A stretch of 64,000 bases of DNA. Source: Raja brachyura. Lineage: Eukaryota. This document shows, piece after piece, positions 10,904 to 23,020 of this stretch. The notes beneath the pieces are model-generated. The model had not been told where the DNA came from. It did no database searches and was given only the letters and a program-made list of their open reading frames with translations. The stretch's first letter is position 1. The number at the start of each line of letters is the position of its first letter. Made by a program: the position numbers and the translations under genes. Location of the stretch: NCBI GenBank assembly GCA_963514005.1, contig OY740813.1:11470001-11534000 (forward strand). The letters are read 5' to 3'.

Positions 10904-13267
10904 TCACCCAAGTCGAGATAGAGAGCCAAATTTTAACGATGTGTAATCTATTCGCGTGGCGCTAGAATGAACGGTTACAGAGAAAAACCCACAAAGAAGC
11001 TCCCGCGCTCATGTGACCGTGTCAGCCAATCGCAAGGGTTCAATATTAACCAGGCCACCACTAGGGGCCTCTACAGGCCCTCCCCAGAACCCGAGGTGCG
11101 GAACCGAGCAGGAGGGCAGACTCGACGACCGGCCCGCGTGGTAACAACAGACGGGACAGGCGGTACAGGTGGGGCTGGCGGAAAAAATCTTATTACTTGG
11201 TTATAGTGTCCAGTTATGTGACAGGTTCATGATTAACAGGAACACCTCACGCACCTGCGGAAAACAGCCTCCGCAGGTGCATGAGGTGTTCTTGTTGGGA
11301 GCGGCTCGCAACCAGGGTGTCATCTAGGTAGATGTAAATAAAGTTCAATTCCCGACCTACCATGTCCATTAAACGCTGGAACGCCTGTGCGGCGTTTTTC
11401 TAACCAAAAGGCATACACAGCCACTCAAAAAGCCCAAACAAGGTGATGGTGGCTGTCTTGGTGACATCGTCCAGGCGAACAGGGATCTGGTGATAACTGC
11501 GGACCAGGTCCACCTTCGAGAAAAAAGGTAGTGCCCTCCAGATGGGCCAAAAAGTGCTGTATATGTGGGACCGGGTAGCGGTACGCAGTCGTAATGACGT
11601 TCAAGTGCTTATAATCCCCGCATCATCTCCACCCCCCAGATGATTTAGGGACCATGTGCAATGGGGATGCCCACGGGCTTTCCGAGCACCACACGATCCC
11701 CATGTCCTCCATCCGCTGGAATTCTTCCCTGGCAATGCGCAGCTTGTCGTGTGAGAGCCGGCGCGCCCGAACGTGCAATGGCGGTCCTGCAGTGGGTATA
11801 TGGTGCACCACCCCGTGCTTGGGGGCCGCCACGCGGAAACGAGGGGTGAGGAGCTCCAGGAACTCCGCGAGCAGGGAGACATATGGGCCCTCGACTTCAG
11901 CCACCGCATTCAGCTGCGGGCAGGGTGTTGCCGTGGGTCGCGGGGCCGAGGTCCACTGGTGGAATGAGGCGCCCGCCCCATATGTCCACCATGAGGGAAA
12001 AGGCTGGAAGGAAGTCGGCGCCCAGGAGCGGCTGGGCCACGTCCGTGACAGTAAACATACATATGTACGGGCGGGAGTCGAAGTTTAGGGATAGGGTCCG
12101 CGTGTCGTAGGTGCGGATAGTACTGCGGTTGACAGCAGTCAGGTCTGGGCCACGTTTACCAGCACTGGTGTCCAGCCCAGTTGGGGGAGGATGCTCTCAA
12201 TGGACCCAGAGTCCACCAGGAAACGAAGTCCAGAGTTGCGGTCGCACACGTAGAGGCGGTTGTTTTGGCCGATCGCGATAGCCCCTACTGACGATCGGCC
12301 GTAGCGTTTCCCAAAAACGTGCAGGGGGGGGGTGGCATCGGCGGGCCTCAGTGCCCTAGCGGAGGTGATAAAAGCACCACTGGCGTTTACCCCAGTCTCC
12401 AGCATGCAGCTGCAGCTCAGCGACAACAGCAGGGGACTGGGCATCTCTGCGGGGCGGTTGGCGTGCAGGCTCGGACACCCGGTTGATAGTCCTGCCGCTT
12501 TGCGAGCCACAATTCGTCGGCCTGATCAGCGAGCTGCATGGGGTCGGCCAAGTTGGATCCGGCGAGCATCAAGCGGATGTTGTCCGGCATTTGTTCTGCT
12601 CGAAAAGCAGGTATGGTCAATGGCCGTCCATCAAGGCGAGCATCTCGCTCATCAAGGCAGACGGTTTCCGGTCGCCTTGGTCGTCCATGTGGAGCAGGCG
12701 GGTGCCACGATATCGGCGGCTGAGCCCGAAGGTACGGAGCAGTAGGGTCTTCAGGCCATCGTACTTGCCAAGCACCAGTGGGTCTTGTAAGTATGGCAGC
12801 AACCGCGAGGCCACCTCTTGGTTGAGTGCCGCGAAGACGTAAAAAAAACGGGTGTCGTCGACCATGACATTCCTGAGGTGGAACTGGGCCTCTATATGGG
12901 CAAACCACACTTGAGGCTGCTCTGCCCAGAACACGGGCAGTTTCAGGCCCACAGCGTTTTGCTGAGCGTCGGGGATGGCGGCAGCTTGCATGTCGAATGT
13001 CCGAAATCCGTTCGGACTAGCGGGGTCACCAGTTTGGCGAGTGCAAAAATTCTTTATTTTGAAACTCAAACAAAGTAGTCACCTGAGTCGAGATAGACAG
13101 CCACATTTTAACGATGTGTATTTGATTCCTGTGGCGCTAGGGTGAACGGCTACAGACAAAACCCGCGAGGAAGCTCCCCCGCTCATGTGGCCGCGCCAGC
13201 CAATCGCGAGGGTTCGATATTAACAAGGCCACCACTAGGGACCAAAGATTTGCTAGGGACCGCTACA
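10904..13267 (-). mobile_element. Gypsy/Ty3 LTR retrotransposon, CsRn1/Kabuki/Boudicca-like, internally deleted
   Basis: 5' LTR ~13032-13267 and 3' LTR remnant ~10904-11075, both starting TGTAG on minus; primer-binding site TGGTGACCCCG (13021-13031) complementary to the tRNA-Trp 3' end; gag LKLPVFW...WFAHIEAQF; CHCC knuckle CFYH...C..PC; protease FLVDSGS; RT SPWASPLHMVPK, MPFG, YLDD. Confidence 0.9.
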
Positions 13268-13800
13268 CTACTACCATCAGCAGTTGTATCATCAATGAAG
13301 ATAGATGAGCCAGTATCTTCAGCAGCCATACATGCCCAGCCCATAACACTCCCACCACCGTTTTTCAGAGATGAGGTGGTATGCTTTGGATCTTGGGCAG
13401 TTCCTTCTCATACTTTGCTCTTGCCATCACTCTGATATGTTAATCTTTGTCTCATCTCAACAAGACCTTTTTCCAGAACTGTGGTTGCCCTTTTAAGTAC
13501 TTCTTGGTAAAAGGTAACCTGGCCATCCTATTTTTGCGGCTAACCAGTGGTTTGCATCTTGCAGTGGAGCCTCTGTATTTCATGAAGTCTTCTGCGGACG
13601 GTTTGGCTCGTGTCTCTAACAGTTTTATTCTTGTTTCTCAGTCTCATAATGGCCTCTTTGACCTTCATTGGCACAGCTTTGGTCCTCATGTTGATAAACA
13701 GCAATAAAAGTTTCCAGAGGTGAAGGAAAGACTGGAGGAAAGATTAGGTGCTGAGAGCTCTCTTATACCTGCATTAACGAGGCAATTAAACACACCTGAG
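13268..13800 (-). mobile_element. Continuation of the minus-strand Tc1 (transposase fragments, internally deleted)
   Basis: Reverse complement matches parts of ~16190-16933 of the plus-strand Tc1. Confidence 0.85.
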
Positions 13801-15495
13801 AGAAATGGAATAGGCGACATTTTGGGTCAAGACCCTTCTTCAGACAAAGTCAGGGGAAAAGGAAACAAGGCATATAGACAGTGATGTAGAACAATGAAAG
13901 ATATAGAAAAAGTAATGATGATAAAGGAAACAGGTCATTGTTTGCTGTGAGTTAGGTGAAAACGAATTACAGACAATAAGGCTCAACAAGACGACTTCAA
14001 CACTAGTCCGACTTGGGTGGGGGAGGGATGAAGAGAGGGAGGATGCAAGGGTTACTTGTAGATAGAGAAATCAATATACCGCTGGGTTGTAAGCTGCCCC
14101 AGCAAAATATGAGGTACTGTTCCTCCAATTTGCATTTAGTCTCACTGGAAAATGGAGGGGGCCCAGGCCAGAATGGTCAGTGTGGGAATGGGAAGAGGAA
14201 TTAAAGTGTTTGGCAACCGGGAGATTGGGTAGGTCCAGGCGGACTGAGCAAAGATGTTCAGCGAAACGATAGCCCAGTCTACGTTTGGTCTTGTGGATGC
14301 AGTTGAGTCCACACCTGGAACACCAGATACAGCAGATGAGGTTGGAGGAGGTGCAAGTGAACCTTTGCCAAACGTGGAAGGGTGTTATAAGAAAGATATT
14401 GTCAAGCTTAAAAGGGTTCGGAAAAGATTTACAAGGATTTTGCCAGGATTAGAAGATGTGAGTAAAAGGGAGAGGTCGAGTAGGTTGGGTCTCAATTCCA
14501 TTGAGCGCAAGAGGATGAGGAGAGATCTCATATACAAAATCATGAGTGGAATAGATCGGGTAGATGCAGTCTTTTGCCCATAGGGGAATCGAGGACCAGA
14601 GAACATAGGTTCAAGGTGAAGGGGAAAAGATTTAATAGGAATCCGAAGGGTAACTTTTTCACACAAAGGGTGGAGGGTATATGGAACAAGCTGCCAGAGG
14701 AGGTTGTTGAGATTGGGATTATCCTATCATTTAAGAAACAATTAGACAGGTTCATAGATAGGACAGGTTTGGAGGGATATGGACCAAGCGCAGGCAAGTG
14801 GGACTAGTGTAGCTGGGACATTGTTGGCTGCTGTGGGCGAGTTGTGCCGAAGGGCCTGTTTTCCCACTATCGCTAAGACTATGACTGTCAGGGTCCCTGG
14901 ACCGTCTCCTGCTGTTGCAGGAGAAAGTACCTGGGGAGGGGGGGTTTGGGTGGGAAAGGATGATTTAACTAGGGAGTTGCGGAGGGAAGGTTCTCTGCGG
15001 AAGGCGGAAAAGGGAAGATGTGACTAGTGGGGGGTCCCGTTGCTGACAAAAATATTGGAAGATTGCATGTTGTGTGCGACGGCTGATGGGGTGAAAGGCA
15101 AGGACTAGGGGGACTCTGTCCCTGTTATGACTAGGCGGGAAGTAATAGCAGAGCTGAGGGGGAACGTGTGAGGGCCTCATCAATGATGGAAGTGGGGAAC
15201 CCCTGTTCCCTAAAGAATGAGGACATCTCAGATGCCCTAGAATGGAATACCTCATCTAGGGCGCAGATGCAGCGTAGACAGAGGAATTGAGAGTAGGGGG
15301 ATAGAGTCTTTGCAGAAAGTAGGGTGGGAAGAAGTGTAGTCTAGATAATTGTGGGAGTCAGTAGGTTTATAGACATCAGTCAATAGTATATCTCCCGCGA
15401 TGGAGACGATGAGATCAAGAGGGGGGCGCAGAAAGAGGTTGTCCAAGTGAATTTGAGTGTAGGATGGAAATTGGTGGTGAAGTTAATGAAGTCCT
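13801..15495 (-). mobile_element. Penelope-like element (RT thumb, GIY-YIG endonuclease, 3' pseudo-LTR), interrupted by CR1
   Basis: Minus strand: FINFTTNFHPTLKFT, KPTDSHNYLDYTSSHP, TSSNLICCIWCSRCG...TKRRLGYRFAEHL; terminal ctgaagaagggtcttgaccc motif. Confidence 0.85.
14383..14884 (+). mobile_element. CR1 3' fragment inserted into the Penelope element
   Basis: KRFTRILPGL...SRTREHRFKVKG...FFTQRVEGIWNKLP; Penelope sequence resumes on both sides. Confidence 0.85.
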
Positions 15496-15928
15496 GAATG
15501 CTTCACCTTTACTACTTCTTGAGATAGTCTTGCAACTCTCTTACTGTTGCAGGCTCATTCTTGGAGTCTGGCTCCTGCTTTCCTCCAAGAGTAAACGCAT
15601 TTGGTCTGCATCTTCATGTAGTTTGTTTTGTACTTGTCCACCACCCAATGTGTGTCCACTGTCCTTCACCGTGTTCTACAGTTGGTGAATGGAAACAGAC
15701 CACATCTCTGAGGCCCGATAGTTTTCATCAATGATTTGACATTGTGGGCACGAACGTTCTGTTAATTGTCAGTGTGAATCCTTTAAAGATGTAGCCTTTA
15801 CTTGAAGGCAAAATGTTCTACTCTCAATGAACAGACTATATCCGGTACTACTACACTGTAATCTAGCTACAGATTTCACCTTGTCAATCAGGATCTGTTT
15901 GTTGCTTTTAAAACAAACTAGAAATCTA

Positions 15929-17514
15929 CAGTGCCCTCCATAATGTTTAGGAAAAAGACCCATCATTTATTTATTTGCCACAATTCGTGATTTGTAAAAG
16001 AATTGTACTCCACAATTTGAGATTTGTAATAGAAAAAAAAAAATCACATGTAGTTACAGTGCACATTGTCAGATTTTATTAAAGGGTATTTTTATACAGT
16101 TTGGTTTCACCATTCCACCACCCCACCCCCCCAGATTTTAGGGCACCATAATACTTGGGACACATGGCTTCACAGGTGTTTGTAATTGCTCAGGTGTGTT
16201 TAAATGCCTACTTAATGTAGGTATAAGAGAGCTCTCAGCACCTAGTATTTCCATCACCTTTGGAAACATTTCTTGCTGTTTATCAACACGAGGACCAAAG
16301 TTGTGCCAATGAAAGTCAAAAAAGCCATTATGAGACTGAGAAACACGAATAAAACTGTCAAGAGACATCGTCCAAACAGGCTTACCAAAATCAACTGTTT
16401 AGAACATAATTAAGAAGAAAGAGAGCACTGGTGAGCTTACTAATCGCAAAGGGACTGGCAGGCCAAGGAAGACCTCCACAGCTGATGACAGAAGAATTCT
16501 CTCTAAAATAAAGAAAAACCCCAAACACCTGTCCAACAGATCAGAAACACTCTTCAGGAGTCAGGTGTGGATTTGTCAATACCACTGTCCCCAGAAGACT
16601 TCATGAACAGAAATACAGAGGTTACACTGTGAGATGTAATCCACTGGTTAGCTGCAAAAATAGGATGACAAGGGTACAGTTTGCCAAGAAGTACTTAAAA
16701 GAGCAACCAGAGTTCTGGAAAAGGGTCTTGTGGACAGATGAGACGAAGATTAACTTATTTCAGAGTGATGGCAGGAGTAAAGTATGGAGGCGAGAAGGAA
16801 GTGCCCAAGATCCAAAGTATACCACCTCATCTGTGACACACAGTGGTGGGGGTGTTATGGCCTGGGCATGCAAGGCTGCTTAAGGTACTGGCTGACTTAT
16901 CTTCATTGATGATACAACTGCTGATGGTAGTAGCATAATGAATTCTGAAGTATATAGACACATCCTATCTGCTCAAGTTCAAACAAATGCCTCAAACCTC
17001 ATTGGCTGGCAGTTTATTCTACAGCAAGACAATGATCCAAAATATGCTGCTAAAGCAACAAAGGAGTTTTTCAAAGCTAATAAATGGTAAATTCTTGAGT
17101 GGCCAAGTCAATCACCCAATTAAGCAGGCCTTTTATATGCTGAAGGGAAAACTGAAAGGGACTAGCCCCAAAACAAGCATAAGCTAAAGATGGCTGCAAT
17201 ACAGGCCTGGCAGAGCAGCACCAGAGAAGACACCCAGCAACTGGTGATGTCCATGAATCACAGACTACAAGCAGTCATTGCATGCAAAGTATATGCAACA
17301 AAATACTAAACATGACTACTTTCATTTACATGACATTGCTGTGTCCCAAACATTATGGTGCCCTGAAACGGGGGGGATTATGTATAAACACTGCTCTAAT
17401 TTCTACATGGTGAAACCAAAATGTATAAAAATGGCCTTTATTAAAATCTGAACGTGCACTTTAACCACATGTGATTTTTTTTCTATTACAAATCTCAAAT
17501 TGTGGAGTACAGAG
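15929..17514 (+). mobile_element. Near full-length Tc1-like transposon with a pseudogenised transposase
   Basis: TA|CAGTG start; ~200-bp terminal inverted repeats (right tip missing); GRPRK, VLWTDETKINLF and QQDNDPK motifs; stops and frameshifts. Confidence 0.92.
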
Positions 17515-18714
17515 ACGCTAGACAGTATACATTAAAGAACTGCCTTACCCACTTAAACATTAAATGTACCAGACCTGCAAGCCATTTCAAAACTTGTCAG
17601 TCATTTGAGACACTTGAATAATTAACAACCTGGAGGCCTTGTCAATCTATATTTTTAATTGACACGATTATTAGGAATGGTGTTTGGGTTATGGGGAGAA
17701 GGCAAAAAAATGTGGTTAAGGGGGAAAAGATAGATCGGCCATGATTGAATAGCGGAGTAGACTTGGGCCGAATGAGCAAATTCTGCTCCGAGAACATAAT
17801 AAATGGTCTTTCCTCTCTATGGTTTTTTAAATAATACTATTAAGATCTCCTTGCAACCTACTCTCCTTAATAGAAACAATCCCAATTTCTCCAGACTATA
17901 CATCATCCCTGAAATGATTTTCTGCAGTCTTTCCAAAGCCTTCACATCTATCCTAAAATTGCAGCTTCCTGAGCAAAGCACAATTTCTCAAATACAGTAC
18001 CAACTGCACGCAGAAAGGCCAAGCAAATTCAATTTAGAAAAGCATTTATAGAAAATCTTTCAACAAGAAATTTATCTTGAATACATTCACTACAATCCAA
18101 AAAGAAATCTGTAATGTAATCTAACGAATCTTTGCGAATTTGCAGAAGAATAAAATAGAGGAATTCAAATCCTATTTTAAGAGATGAGATTAACTAGTTC
18201 TTACAACAGCAGTGTTACTGTGGAACACTATATGTGACAGTGCTGCTTTTAATGTATCACTCAGATTTACAAACAGAAACACTGGAACCAAAGGTATTCA
18301 TGTTTTTTTTTATGATTTTTGTGTTCTACCACATTCCTGCAATTCAAGTTTTACATACAATTCAGGTGAGGAAATTGTCAAACAAACTGGAGTAGGTTAG
18401 TCAAATAAAGTTATTGTGCTCCAATTCTCCCTCACCTATTAAGTCTATACATTTTCACCACCATTCAACTCGGATACAAAGCAATGAAAATAGTTCAGAA
18501 CAGTATGGAGTGACCATTTCTCAGGGTGGTTGCGGTTTGGTCTGCATTGTTATACCAATATTCTGTGGTTTGATCTTTTTGATAAACATTGGATAGAATT
18601 ATAGGTTCACTCTTGAAAGATAAACTCCTGTTCACTTTTCCAGATTCGGCCTGCAGTTTCGTTGCCACAAGACATTTAAAATACACGAACACCTGGAATA
18701 GTTTGAGCCACTCT

Positions 18715-18806
18715 TCAGTATCTTCTGCTCATTTTCTTGAACTTTTCATAATGGTAGTCATCTGTTGCTTTTTCATTCGAAGGCCGTTTGCGATTTGGAG
18801 GTGTTT
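18715..18806 (-). CDS. C9orf78: C9orf78/TLS1 splicing factor, exon 9 (last)
   Basis: TPPNRKRPSNEKATDDYHYEKFKKMSRRY*; cag acceptor. Confidence 0.95.
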
Positions 18807-19508
18807 CTGCATAAGTAAGAACAACATTTTAATAGCTTTGTTGTTGTGACATAGATCCAAATGTATGCCAATATAGTTGACACATCACTCTTTAAAAGGG
18901 AAGGAACATAAATATTAGCATTCGAGTGATGTACTTTAAAGGACTCGTGTTGTTTAATGTGGAAAAAGTTTAGAATAGATTGTTTGGTTAAACCCATTTG
19001 TATTTTAGCATACATCAAGTAGGACTTACAATGATTGTCGGTGAGATGCAATGCAAGAGAATACATTTCAGAAGGAATTTTAAAATCACTGAAGGTGGAA
19101 AGATCTGGGTGTAAATAATAGACCATTTGCTTTGCTGGGAAATGCCAGCAGTTTGTAATTATTTTTACCGCACTCCAATATTGGAGAACTCAGAATCTAG
19201 TGAGAGTTGCACCAGTTCCCATTTGTCATTTACAGTGGAGAATTTGTTCTTCCACATTGAATTTAATGAGGGAGCAGCTACAGATAATAAGTGTTTTAGT
19301 GTAAAGTTTATTTTAACAGAACTTCGAATTTCCACCCTAAAGAACTGCAAAGCACAGAAAGCGACAAAGCATACTCCACATGACCAAGTCCCAAAGTAAT
19401 TACAAGCAGTTAACCATGATTTTAAGTTGCAAATCATTACAATGATTTGAACCCTATTTTATTGTTGTAATCTATTGCTGTGCTGTTCCTAAGACAGATG
19501 TTACTTAC

Positions 19509-19607
19509 GTTCAGGCTCCGGTTTATCAGTGTCTCCCACTCTCAAGGGCCGAGGTTTGGCTTCCTCTTTATGGCGTTTTGCAGGTGCATGCAATTCCTCT
19601 CGGTAGA
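19509..19607 (-). CDS. C9orf78: C9orf78 exon 8
   Basis: FYREELHAPAKRHKEEAKPRPLRVGDTDKPEPE; GT-AG. Confidence 0.95.
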
Positions 19608-20708
19608 CTACAGGAGAACAAAACAGCAATGCTGAAAGCAGTTCCAAACAGTTGGCCAAAAGCAACTGCGTACAGTTTTAAAACCTGTATTGAACATGGA
19701 ATTCAATAGTCTGTATCAGCAACAGCCCTTAGAACCAGATGTCTCAATTGGCTAATAACGGAAAACAAATTTTGTTCCCATTGCAAATTGATTGAGGTTG
19801 CACTTGGTTATGTAGGACCTAGGAAACGGGCAAGCAAGAAACGTTAGGTTGGTCCATCAGGTCCATCTCACAGCTGATGACTGGAACGTTAACTAAACAC
19901 CTCTCTCTTTCTCCACACCATTGTAAACTATTGAGAGAGAGAGAGAGCGAAACAAAAAGAAAACTATGCAGCCAAGTACCTCCGATTTATTCTGGTGACC
20001 CGAAGAGAATTAAACTACTAAGCAGCAGTAGAAACACAAGGCAGCACCATTTAGAGGCATTGCGTGTGTCCTTGAGATAGGTCAGGTTTGGAAGCTAATA
20101 AGTGTTTAAAATAAAATCTCTGACAAGAACTGGATAATCACCCAATGCCCTCTCCTTACTGTGTAATCAGCTCCTAACAGACAAGAACACAATCTATTTA
20201 CTCTCGGGTCTTTTTGGTTTTTGGACAATAACTTTGAATCTGGAAATTCATAATACAATGACTGCATTAAGTGAATATCTGAGTATTCGGAGGGTGTGGC
20301 TGGTATTACAGGCATCGCTCCATACATCCTTACACTAATATGTGTATATGTGATTTCTGACATCTTTAGTCTTCTTGCTTTTGCGTTACATCTACAAAAA
20401 CCGCAGGTGCTGAAATATCAAGCTAAAAACAAAGTGCTGGAGGAACTCAGTGGGTCAGGCAGCATATATGTCACAATATCAACCGTCTTGCCTTATTCAT
20501 TTTGCTTACCCACTCTAACCTCTTTCTCCGAACACGCTGCCTCCCGCTCACTCAATACCAATCCCAATATTATAATGCAGTCTGCGGGATTCCAACCCAT
20601 AATGTTGTCTGTCCATTCCCTCCACAGATGCAGTCCAGCTCCAGCACCAGCTCCAGCTCCAGTCCATTCCTCCAGCACTTTCTTAGTCATTAAGTAGGTT
20701 TTACTTAC

Positions 20709-20845
20709 ACCGGTTATGCTGGACATAGTTGACTGCAATATTCGTGGGTACAAAGGAGGTGCTGTTATCCTTCTTTTTGTTGCGTTGTTCAGCCAAGAGC
20801 AGGGCTTTTGCCTCTTCAGTGCTGATAATATTCTTTATTTTTGCA
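20709..20845 (-). CDS. C9orf78: C9orf78 exon 7
   Basis: AKIKNIISTEEAKALLLAEQRNKKKDNSTSFVPTNIAVNYVQHNR. Confidence 0.95.
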
Positions 20846-21711
20846 CTTAAAAATAAAACATAACAATTTAAGGTAAAAAATATCATGCAGTAGATGAAAA
20901 TCTGACACACACTGTCTATAAGAATTGTTGAAGGAATTTCTAAAGGGATAAATAGTTGAAATGAAAATATTTACAGGACCGTAGGGAAAACATAGTGAAG
21001 CAATTGGACAAGTAAATTCAGGCTTCCTGAGCATACATGGTCTTGAATAAGTTCCCATTTGTGCAGCTATACAAAGTCAATGTATCAACACATAACACAT
21101 CATTGGTTTGTTGAATAGATTTTCTTTTTTTTTTTTAAACTGAAAATCACATATCCTTGTGCAAATGTACAAAATTAAACATAGGATCACATTTCAGAGA
21201 AAGAATATAACTAAATGGAAATTCAGCCAGCAATTTTTCAAACAGTGGTAAGTGTAGAACAGACCATCTGAAAGGAAGGTAGTGTCCAGAAATAAGTCCG
21301 TTTTTAAAAGAGACTAGCCATGCCTGTTAAAACGAATTCTGGATTACAGAACTTTAGTAATGCCTCAAAATGATTTTGTGGGGAAATTCAATGGATAGAG
21401 TGGGTAGATTCACAAATGAATGTTTACAGAGAATCTAATATTGGCAGAACATGGAATTCCAGTCCCAAGACACAGAGCGTGAAAGTTACATTTCTCGTGC
21501 TTATTGTCTCCGTGTCAGTCATTAAGTTCAGGGCAGAAGTAAAGTAGGTAAGTGTCCATTTAATAAATCTAGTCAAATAGAATCTCTAAGTCACTGCAAG
21601 GTGATCAAAACTGCAGAAAATATTTTTTTCCGCCAGAAGACTGCAAGGAACGAAGAGAAGTACACACCACAAAGAAGGTGTGTAAAATTCATCCCAGTTA
21701 CAATGAAAGGT

Positions 21712-21995
21712 ACAGCACAGTGTGCAGCCTCACAGAAAGATAGATCTGGGTTCAATTCTAACCTCTGTGCAGAGTTTGCACGTTCTCCCTATGACCACAT
21801 AGGGTTCCTCCGAGTGCTCCGGTTTCCTTCCACAGCAAAAAGACATGCTGGTTTGTAGTTTGATTGGCCTCTGCAAATTACCCCCAATGGAAAGTGGACG
21901 GATGAAAATGTGGATTACATAGAACTAGTGTGAATGAGTGATAGTCGGCATGGTTTTGGTAGGCCAAGGGGCCAGTTCCATGCTGCATTTTTCCA
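21712..21995 (+). mobile_element. V-SINE (HE1-like) copy
   Basis: gagtttgcacgttctccct...ctccggtttcc core; similar to 6530-6800. Confidence 0.7.
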
Positions 21996-22321
21996 ATCGA
22001 TTCAATTAATGACAAAGAAAGGTCTACCCAAACATTTCTGCATCAATGGGACTTATGATTGAGCATCTACAATATATTGCATCTAACCATGTTAAATAAT
22101 TGGCAAAATGTATCCATTCTTTCGAACATTTTGGCTAAAGCAAGATAAATTCTGTAATTTACCATCTGTTGTTATGATTATCGCTGCTAAACCTTGTAGG
22201 CCAATGAGATGGAGTAGTTCTCTGGATGAAGTGTATTGTGCAATAGGAACCATGATAACCAGGATTTTCAGGGAGATTTCAAATGGCTCTCACTGGGACA
22301 AAAGAAATATTCAACACTTAC

Positions 22322-22519
22322 TCGATCCCCAGATCAACCTCTGGAATGCCACTTAGCATCTGATTGGATAGCATTTCTTCTGTACGCTTGGCGGAAGAAA
22401 CATTGATATTATCAGGTAGTTCATAGAGCTGATCTTCTGGATTTTTCACCTTTGTCTTCTGTTCCTCATTTTCCAGGATTCCTTTCCTCCTCCTTAATTC
22501 CGTCTCAATATACTTCATC
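22322..22519 (-). CDS. C9orf78: C9orf78 exon 6
   Basis: MKYIETELRRRKG...EEMLSNQMLSGIPEVDLGI. Confidence 0.95.
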
Positions 22520-22544
22520 CTGAGACGAAGCAAAGGGATCAATA

Positions 22545-23020
22545 TATCCGACCTTTCTGTCCTGGGCTGCCTTCATTACCAGAGGAAGGCCAAACACAAA
22601 CTGGAGCAACAGCACATCATACACCGCCCCAGTAGCTGACAACCGAAAGATACCAACACTGAATTCTTCAATTTCAAGCAATATTCCCCCTCGCCCTCTC
22701 AGTTTCCCCGTGTCCCACCCCCATAATTTCTCCCACTATCCTACCTCATCTTCCCCCTTTCCCCAATATTGTCTTTATATTTCACTCCTTATCCGACACC
22801 CTTTTATCTTCTTTTCAATTTAGTCTTTGTCATTTACTCCACCCAATCGCAGCCCTAACCCCTGTATCCACCTATCATTTGCCAGGCTTTGTTCTGCCTA
22901 CAAAAGCTCTTTTCCAGCTTTCCCTCCCATGACAATCATTCTGAAGAAGGGTCGTGACTTGAAACCTCATCGCTGCTTTCTCTCCACCGGAGCTGCCTGA
23001 GGTCCTCTAGCATTTTGTGT
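22545..23020 (+). mobile_element. Penelope 3' fragment with pseudo-LTR, next to the C9orf78 exon 6 acceptor
   Basis: DLSVLG...KLEQQHII-like C-terminus; ctgaagaagggtcgtgacttgaaac motif near 22941. Confidence 0.7.

Noticed and set aside
15497-15770. Unexplained segment between the Penelope element and Tc1, checked as a possible second torsin remnant
   Set aside because: Minus-strand translations contain stops and show no torsin or other recognisable motif.
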